The notes under the pieces: model-generated
The model's input: only the letters and a program-made list of their open reading frames with translations
Database searches by the model: none
What the model was told of the DNA's origin: nothing
Translations under genes and position numbers: made by a program
From: Cupriavidus necator
GTDB lineage: Bacteria > Pseudomonadota > Gammaproteobacteria > Burkholderiales > Burkholderiaceae
Reading direction: 5' to 3'
DNA length: 32,000 nt
NCBI RefSeq assembly: GCF_016127575.1
Contig: NZ_CP066018.1
Location: forward strand, 930,001-962,000
Shown here: in pieces, positions 26,403 to 32,000 of the stretch
Numbering within the stretch: position 1 is the first letter of the stretch
Layout: each line of letters starts with the position of its first letter

Positions 26403-28088
26403 ATGCGCTTGCGTTTCCTCGAAGACCAGGAAGTCACCCTGTTCGCGGCCATCCCGGTCGGGATCGTCGCGGCCATTGCCACCACGCTGTTCAAGGAGGC
26501 GCTGGATGGCGCGGGCGTGGTCCTGTTTTCCAGCCATGCCGACGTGGTCGCCGTATTCGCCACGCTGGCGCTGGCGTGGCGTGTGGTGGTGCCGGCCGTG
26601 GGCGGCGCGCTGGCGGGCAGCCTGCTGGTGCTGGCCAATCGCCTGGCCGGCAGCCACGGCGGCGCCACCGACTACATGGAAGCGGTATCCAGCGGCAGCG
26701 GCCGCCTGCCGGTGCGGATCACCTTGCTGCGCGCGCTCTCGTCATTTTTCTCGATCGTCAGCGGCAGTTCGGTCGGCAAGGAAGGTGCGATGATCCAGCT
26801 GGCGGCGCTGTGCGGCTCGCTGTTCCCGTCGACCCGGCTGGAACGCGGCGGCGGCTCGAACATGCGCCGCATGCTGACCGCCTGCGGGGCCGCGGCGGGC
26901 CTTGCCACCGTTTATCACACCCCCTTCTCCGCTGCCGTCTTCGTTGCCGAAGTGGTGTTCGGGGCGCTCGCGGTGCAGCGCCTGATGCCGCTCTTCCTGG
27001 CTTCGGTGGCCGGTGCCATGGTCAGCCAGTGGCACGGCGGCCTGCAGCCGCTCTACCCGGGCCTGGATATCGCCCCCGACCTGCGCCCGCACATCCTGCT
27101 GGCCGCGGCCGCGCTGGGCGTGGCCGCCGGCATTGCGGGCGCGCTGTTCATGCGTGCGGCGGGCTTTGCGCGCAGCCGCTTTGCAGCGATGCCTGGCGGC
27201 CCGGTGGCCCGGCTGACGCTGGGCGGGGCGCTGGTCGGCGTGCTCGCGATGGCGGTGCCCGAGGTGGTTGGCAACGGCTATTCCACCATCCAGACCATCC
27301 TGCAGGAGCAGCCGCTGAGCGTGCCGGTGGCCGGCGTGCTGCTGGCCAAGCTGGTGGCTACGGTGATCAGCATGGGCTCGGGGGCGGTCGGCGGCGTGTT
27401 CACGCCGTCGCTGTTCGTGGGGGCGGCGCTCGGGCAGTTGCTGGCCATCGGCATGCAGGGCACGGCGGCCGCTGCGGCGCCGCTGCTGCCGCTGGTGGGC
27501 ATGAGCGCGTTCCTGGCGGCCACCAGCCAGGCGCCGCTGATGTCGGTGTTGATGGTGTTCGAGATGACGCTGGCGCCCGCGCTGCTGCTGCCGTCGATGA
27601 TCGGCGCAGTGGCGGCGTACTACACCGCGTCACGCTGCCAGACGCTGTCGCTGTACAGCGTGATCGCCGAGCGCGCGCAGGCCTCGGCCGCGGCCGAACA
27701 CGCCCGCACGCTGACGCTGGCGGGCCTGTGCGACCCGACCGATACCGTGCTCGACCCCAACGCCACCCTGTCGGCCGCAGCCGACAAGTTTGCCGAGACC
27801 GGCACGCGCTACCTCTATCTGGTCGAAGCGGATGGCCGCCTGCTGGGCGCGCTGTCAATCCATGCGCTGCAGCGCGCCCAGCGCGAGGGCGCCGCGGACG
27901 ACGTGCTGGCGCTGGCCGAGCGCGACTTCCCCGCGCTGACGCCGGATTCGCGCCTGCGCGACGCCCTGGCGGTGTTTGCCGAGCACGGCATCAACCGCAT
28001 CCCGCTGGTGCGCGACAGCGCCGGCCGCGAACTGATGGGCACGGTGTCCAAGCAGCGTGTGCTGCAAGAGGCATCCTGCCTGTTCTGA
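26403..28088 (+). CDS. ClC-family chloride channel/antiporter with C-terminal CBS pair
   Basis: It has [28 protein letters not shown] and a CBS-like C-terminus. The start is trimmed to ATG 26403. Confidence 0.85.
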   Translation: MRLRFLEDQEVTLFAAIPVGIVAAIATTLFKEALDGAGVVLFSSHADVVAVFATLALAWRVVVPAVGGALAGSLLVLANRLAGSHGGATDYMEAVSSGSGRLPVRITLLRALSSFFSIVSGSSVGKEGAMIQLAALCGSLFPSTRLERGGGSNMRRMLTACGAAAGLATVYHTPFSAAVFVAEVVFGALAVQRLMPLFLASVAGAMVSQWHGGLQPLYPGLDIAPDLRPHILLAAAALGVAAGIAGALFMRAAGFARSRFAAMPGGPVARLTLGGALVGVLAMAVPEVVGNGYSTIQTILQEQPLSVPVAGVLLAKLVATVISMGSGAVGGVFTPSLFVGAALGQLLAIGMQGTAAAAAPLLPLVGMSAFLAATSQAPLMSVLMVFEMTLAPALLLPSMIGAVAAYYTASRCQTLSLYSVIAERAQASAAAEHARTLTLAGLCDPTDTVLDPNATLSAAADKFAETGTRYLYLVEADGRLLGALSIHALQRAQREGAADDVLALAERDFPALTPDSRLRDALAVFAEHGINRIPLVRDSAGRELMGTVSKQRVLQEASCLF

Positions 28089-28201
28089 GCCCCGCCGCAT
28101 CGCCGACCCGGCCAGGCCGCCAGCGGGGTAAAATGCCGGGTTGCGCCCGCCTTTGGGCCATTCCCGCCAACGCGTCGTCCCATTTGTCGGAGTTCTCCCC
28201 C

Positions 28202-28603
28202 ATGCCAGCAGGTCGTGATGCGCGCCGCGAGGCGCCGGAGTCTGTTCAACCCGGGCGCGCCCGCAGGCTGTTGCCAGCGCTGGCCTGCGCCGCCGCCCTG
28301 CTGCTCGGTGCGGCAAGCGCGATGGCCCAGCCGGTGCGGGCGATCCCGGACGATGCGCAGGCGGCCAGGCTCGTTATCGCCACGCCGTCTGCCGGTGCCC
28401 CGCAGACGGCCACGCTCGACGGCAAGACCGTCGGCGTGGCGCCGGGCCTGCGCCTGTTCGGCTCCGACAACCAGTTGCTGGCCAGTGCCGCGGTGGCGGG
28501 CCAGAAGCTGCCGGTGCGGTACAAGCTGGACCTGTACGGCCAGTTGCTGACCGCGTGGGTGCTGAGCGAGCCGGAACAGAAGGCGCTGAAGAAGAAATCG
28601 TAG
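28202..28603 (+). CDS. small exported protein of unknown function
   Basis: The reading frame has high GC3 and GGAG lies 8 nt upstream of ATG 28202. The signal peptide is LLPALACAAALLLGAASAMA|QP. I recognise no domain. Confidence 0.5.
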   Translation: MPAGRDARREAPESVQPGRARRLLPALACAAALLLGAASAMAQPVRAIPDDAQAARLVIATPSAGAPQTATLDGKTVGVAPGLRLFGSDNQLLASAAVAGQKLPVRYKLDLYGQLLTAWVLSEPEQKALKKKS

Positions 28604-28619
28604 TCCCCCGGAAGTGCGA

Positions 28620-28652
28620 CCGGCGCGCCCCACGCGCCGGCCGTGTTGTTGC
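28620..28652 (+). terminator. possible weak terminator/hairpin upstream of miaB
   Basis: The stem-loop is CCGGCGCG-CCCCA-CGCGCCGG, followed by CCGTGTTGTTGC (partial U-tract). Confidence 0.35.
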
Positions 28653-28692
28653 AACACCCTGATGCCCCCAGGTCAACCACTGAGATCGGCAT

Positions 28693-30045
28693 ATGAAGAA
28701 AGTTTTCGTCAAGACGTACGGCTGCCAGATGAACGAGTACGACTCGGACAAGATGGTCGACGTCCTCAACGCCAGCCAGGGGCTGGAACCCACCGACAAC
28801 GTCGAAGAGGCCGATGTGATCCTGTTCAACACCTGCTCGGTGCGCGAGAAGGCGCAGGAGAAGGTGTTCTCGGAACTGGGCCGGATGAAGGCGCTCAAGG
28901 CCGTCAAACCCGACCTGGTGATCGGCGTGGGCGGCTGCGTGGCCAGCCAGGAAGGCGCCAGCATCGTCTCGCGCGCACCCTATGTCGACGTAGTGTTCGG
29001 CCCGCAGACGCTGCACCGCCTGCCCGACCTGATCGCGCGCCGCCAGCGCACCGGCCAGTCGCAGGTGGATATCTCCTTCCCCGAGATCGAGAAGTTCGAC
29101 CACCTGCCGCCGGCACGCGTCGAAGGCCCGAGCGCCTTTGTCTCGATCATGGAAGGCTGCTCCAAGTACTGCAGCTACTGCGTGGTGCCCTATACCCGCG
29201 GCGAGGAAGTGTCGCGCCCGTTCGAGGACGTGCTGGCCGAAGTCGCCGGCCTGGCCGAACAGGGCGTGCGTGAAGTCACGCTGTTGGGCCAGAACGTCAA
29301 CGCCTACCGCGGCAAGATGGGCGACACCACCGAGATCGCCGACTTTGCGCTGCTGATCGAGTACGTGGCCGAGATCCCCGGCATCGAGCGCATCCGCTAC
29401 ACCACCAGCCACCCGAAGGAATTCACCTCGCGCCTGGTCGAGCTGTACGGCCGCTGCGACAAGCTGGTCAACCACCTGCACCTGCCGGTGCAGCATGCGT
29501 CCGACCGCATCCTGATGGCGATGAAGCGCGGCTACAGCGTGCTGGAGTACAAGAGCATCATCCGCAAGCTGCGCGTGCTGCGCCCGGATATGTCGATGTC
29601 TTCGGACTTTATCGTCGGCTTCCCCGGCGAGACCGATGCCGACTTCGAGAAGCTGATGGCGATGATCGAAGAGATCGGCTACGACACCTCGTTCTCGTTC
29701 ATCTTCAGCCCCCGCCCGGGCACGCCCGCTGCCAACCTGCACGACGACACCCCGCACGAGGTCAAGCTGCGCCGGCTGCAGCGCCTGCAGGCCACCATCG
29801 AGGAAAACGTGCAGCGCATCAGCCAGAACATGGTCGGCACGGTGCAGCGCATCCTGGTGGAAGGCCCCGCGCGCAAGGATCCGACCGAGCTGCACGGGCG
29901 CACCGAGAACAACCGCGTGGTCAACTTTGCGCTGCCGGGCGTGCCGCAGGCAGGCCGCGACCGGCTGGTCGGCCAGCTGGTCGATGTCAGCATCACGCAG
30001 GCCTTCCCGCACTCGCTGCGCGGCGAGATCGTGGTTCGGCAGTAA
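28693..30045 (+). CDS. miaB: tRNA-2-methylthio-N6-dimethylallyladenosine synthase
   Basis: [18 protein letters not shown]...NTCSVREKA...[17 protein letters not shown] (radical-SAM CxxxCxxC) plus a TRAM C-terminus. Confidence 0.95.
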   Translation: MKKVFVKTYGCQMNEYDSDKMVDVLNASQGLEPTDNVEEADVILFNTCSVREKAQEKVFSELGRMKALKAVKPDLVIGVGGCVASQEGASIVSRAPYVDVVFGPQTLHRLPDLIARRQRTGQSQVDISFPEIEKFDHLPPARVEGPSAFVSIMEGCSKYCSYCVVPYTRGEEVSRPFEDVLAEVAGLAEQGVREVTLLGQNVNAYRGKMGDTTEIADFALLIEYVAEIPGIERIRYTTSHPKEFTSRLVELYGRCDKLVNHLHLPVQHASDRILMAMKRGYSVLEYKSIIRKLRVLRPDMSMSSDFIVGFPGETDADFEKLMAMIEEIGYDTSFSFIFSPRPGTPAANLHDDTPHEVKLRRLQRLQATIEENVQRISQNMVGTVQRILVEGPARKDPTELHGRTENNRVVNFALPGVPQAGRDRLVGQLVDVSITQAFPHSLRGEIVVRQ

Positions 30046-30078
30046 CCAGGCACCATCCAGCGAGGCCATCGCCAACCG

Positions 30079-31077
30079 ATGAAAGTCCCTTCCGCAGAAT
30101 TCGTCGCCCCCAAGGACGACAACACCCGGCTGCAGAACCTGTGCGGGCCGCTCGACGAGAACCTGCGCCAGATCGAGCAAGCGCTGGACGTGAACATCCA
30201 GCGCCGTGGCCACCGCATGACGGTGCGCGGCGGCAACGCGCAGGATGCGGCAACGGCGCTGGAGCGCTTCTACAACCAGGCGCGCACGCCGCTGTCGATC
30301 GACGACGTGCAGCTGGGCCTGGTTGAAACGCGCCAGCTGTCCGCGCATGGCAGCTACCTGCCCGGCAACGGCGACGATGTCGAAGAGCGCGAGATCGGCG
30401 ACGAATCGCCGGTGCTGCACACGCGCCGCACCGGCCTGCAGGGCCGCACCGTGGCGCAGCGCGACTACCTGCGCAATATCCTGTCGCACGACCTGACGCT
30501 GGGTGTCGGCCCGGCCGGCACCGGCAAGACCTACCTGGCAGTGGCGTGCGCGGTCGATGCGCTGGAGCGCGACGCGGTCAAGCGCATCGTGCTGACGCGC
30601 CCGGCGGTGGAAGCCGGCGAGCGCCTGGGCTTCCTGCCTGGCGACCTGGCGCAGAAGGTCGACCCCTACCTGCGCCCGCTGTATGACGCGCTGTACGACC
30701 TGCTTGGCTTCGACCGCACGCAGAAGATGTTCGAGCGCCAGATGATCGAGATCGCGCCGCTGGCCTATATGCGCGGGCGCACGCTGAACCATGCCTTCAT
30801 CATCCTGGACGAGGCGCAGAACACCACGCCCGAGCAGATGAAGATGTTCCTCACGCGCATCGGCTTCGGCTCCAAGGCGGTGATCACCGGCGACACCACC
30901 CAGATCGACCTGCCCAGGGGGCAGAAGAGCGGCCTGGTGGAGGCGCTGCACGTGCTGCGCGACGTGCGCGGCATTGCCTGCACCCGCTTTACCAGCATCG
31001 ACGTGGTGCGCCATCCGCTGGTGGCCCGCATCGTCGATGCCTATGACGAATACCACGCCCAGCACAAGGACGCTTAA
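30079..31077 (+). CDS. ybeZ: PhoH-like ATPase YbeZ
   Basis: It has Walker [31 protein letters not shown] and ILDEAQN. It sits in the miaB-ybeZ-ybeY-corC context. Confidence 0.9.
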   Translation: MKVPSAEFVAPKDDNTRLQNLCGPLDENLRQIEQALDVNIQRRGHRMTVRGGNAQDAATALERFYNQARTPLSIDDVQLGLVETRQLSAHGSYLPGNGDDVEEREIGDESPVLHTRRTGLQGRTVAQRDYLRNILSHDLTLGVGPAGTGKTYLAVACAVDALERDAVKRIVLTRPAVEAGERLGFLPGDLAQKVDPYLRPLYDALYDLLGFDRTQKMFERQMIEIAPLAYMRGRTLNHAFIILDEAQNTTPEQMKMFLTRIGFGSKAVITGDTTQIDLPRGQKSGLVEALHVLRDVRGIACTRFTSIDVVRHPLVARIVDAYDEYHAQHKDA

Positions 31078-31824
31078 TTGAAATCCCAGAAATCCAAGTC
31101 TTCCGCCGTGAGCCTGACCCTGTTCGACGGCGACGGCCGCGCGCGCAAGAGCGCCGCGCACGCGCTGCGCGTGCAGTTGCCCGACGGCCGCAGCCTGACG
31201 CTGGACCTGTCGCAGGCCGCCGACGGCGTGGTCGCGCTGCTGGCCGAGCACACCGACACCAACCAGCAGGCTGGCCTGCTGGTGCGCCCGGACAACCATG
31301 ACTCGCTGTCGGTGGCCGTGACCGCCACGCCGGTGGTCACCACCACCGGCACGCCGGCCACCCCGCCCGGACTCGAACTCGAGATCCAGAACGGCGACGG
31401 CGTCGGCAAGCGCGCCGGCCTGCCGCCGCGCCGCAAGATCGAGACCTGGGTCAAGTCGGCGCTGTATGCCGACGCCGCGCTGACCATCCGCTTCGTCGAT
31501 GAGGAAGAGGGCCGCACGTTGAACCGCACCTATCGCGGCAAGGATTACGCCACCAATGTGCTGACCTTTGCCTATGCGGAGAACGAGGAAGACCCGGTCA
31601 CGGGCGATATCGTGCTTTGCTGCCCGGTGGTGGAAACCGAGGCGCGCGAGCAGCGCAAGCCGCTGGAAGCGCACTATGCGCACCTGATCGTGCACGGCGT
31701 GCTGCATGCGCAAGGCTACGAGCACGAGGAAGACGCCGAGGCCGAGGAAATGGAGGCGATCGAGACCGAAACGCTGCAGGCGCTCGGTTACGCCGACCCT
31801 TACCAGGGCGATCGCACCGTGTGA
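31078..31824 (+). CDS. ybeY: endoribonuclease YbeY with ~98-aa N-terminal extension
   Basis: The C-terminal 150 aa are canonical YbeY ([13 protein letters not shown]...[18 protein letters not shown] zinc motif). TTG 31078 abuts the ybeZ stop, with AAGGA 7 nt upstream. There is no in-frame ATG before the YbeY domain, and GC3 is near saturation from codon 10 onward. Confidence 0.8.
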   Translation: MKSQKSKSSAVSLTLFDGDGRARKSAAHALRVQLPDGRSLTLDLSQAADGVVALLAEHTDTNQQAGLLVRPDNHDSLSVAVTATPVVTTTGTPATPPGLELEIQNGDGVGKRAGLPPRRKIETWVKSALYADAALTIRFVDEEEGRTLNRTYRGKDYATNVLTFAYAENEEDPVTGDIVLCCPVVETEAREQRKPLEAHYAHLIVHGVLHAQGYEHEEDAEAEEMEAIETETLQALGYADPYQGDRTV

Positions 31825-31968
31825 TCCCCGCGTAATTCCTTTCTCACGGGCGGCGCCGACCGGGCGCCGCCTGCTGCACATATTGTCGCAGACCACCGCC
31901 CGCCGTCACGGGACGGCCAGGCTTTTAGTGTATCCTTCAGACGATCTCCACCACGCGCTCGCCGCGAA

Positions 31969-32000
31969 ATGAACGACCCTTATCCCAGTTCGAAGCCCGC
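31969..32000 (+). CDS. start of the next gene (expected CorC/YbeX-type CBS-domain protein; only 10 codons visible)
   Basis: ATG 31969 opens MNDPYPSSKP. The call is based on operon context only. Confidence 0.3.
   Translation, partial: MNDPYPSSKP

Noticed and set aside
28246-31896. A 1216-codon stop-free ORF on the minus strand spanning four genes.
   Set aside because: It is antisense to the small exported protein gene, miaB, ybeZ and ybeY, all of which have unmistakable protein motifs. Its third codon positions coincide with sense first positions, so it lacks the GC3 signature. The translation is Arg/Ala/Gly/His-rich junk typical of antisense frames in high-GC DNA.

Overview
High-GC chromosomal segment. 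Gene content and order look like core chromosome of a Cupriavidus/Ralstonia-type betaproteobacterium; this taxonomic guess is from memory, not from a search. In order: yheT-like hydrolase, bepA-like M48 protease, moaC, two small envelope proteins, pglL-pilA, terC, sucDC, DUF2889, recX-recA, an OmpR/TctDE-like two-component system with an orphan DUF4212 gene, an MHS-type MFS transporter, tRNA(CAU), mepK-ldtD, a LuxR-type response regulator, a CMD-family stub, a CaiB-type CoA-transferase, uspA, srkA-rhlE, a ClC channel, and miaB-ybeZ-ybeY-(corC). I call 32 CDS (2 partial), 1 tRNA, several intrinsic terminators, a LexA box, a sigma54 promoter and a consensus sigma70 promoter. I see no CRISPR array, IS element, integrase, prophage or recognisable defence or toxin-antitoxin genes. 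The many very long ORFs antisense to real genes are the usual high-GC artefact. I found no clear-cut novel system. The best candidates for undescribed biology are: (1) a tandem pair of exported Tyr/Pro/Gly low-complexity proteins abutting the O-oligosaccharyltransferase gene; (2) the compositionally deviant pilA-pglL module with a sigma54 promoter and three repeated upstream boxes; (3) an orphan DUF4212 'symporter small subunit' translationally coupled (ATGA) to a sensor kinase and followed by an MFS transporter with a ~127-aa periplasmic insert; (4) a YbeY with a ~98-aa N-terminal extension that appears to contain degenerate copies of its own N-terminal strand. All functional calls rest on my recognition of protein motifs, not on database searches.
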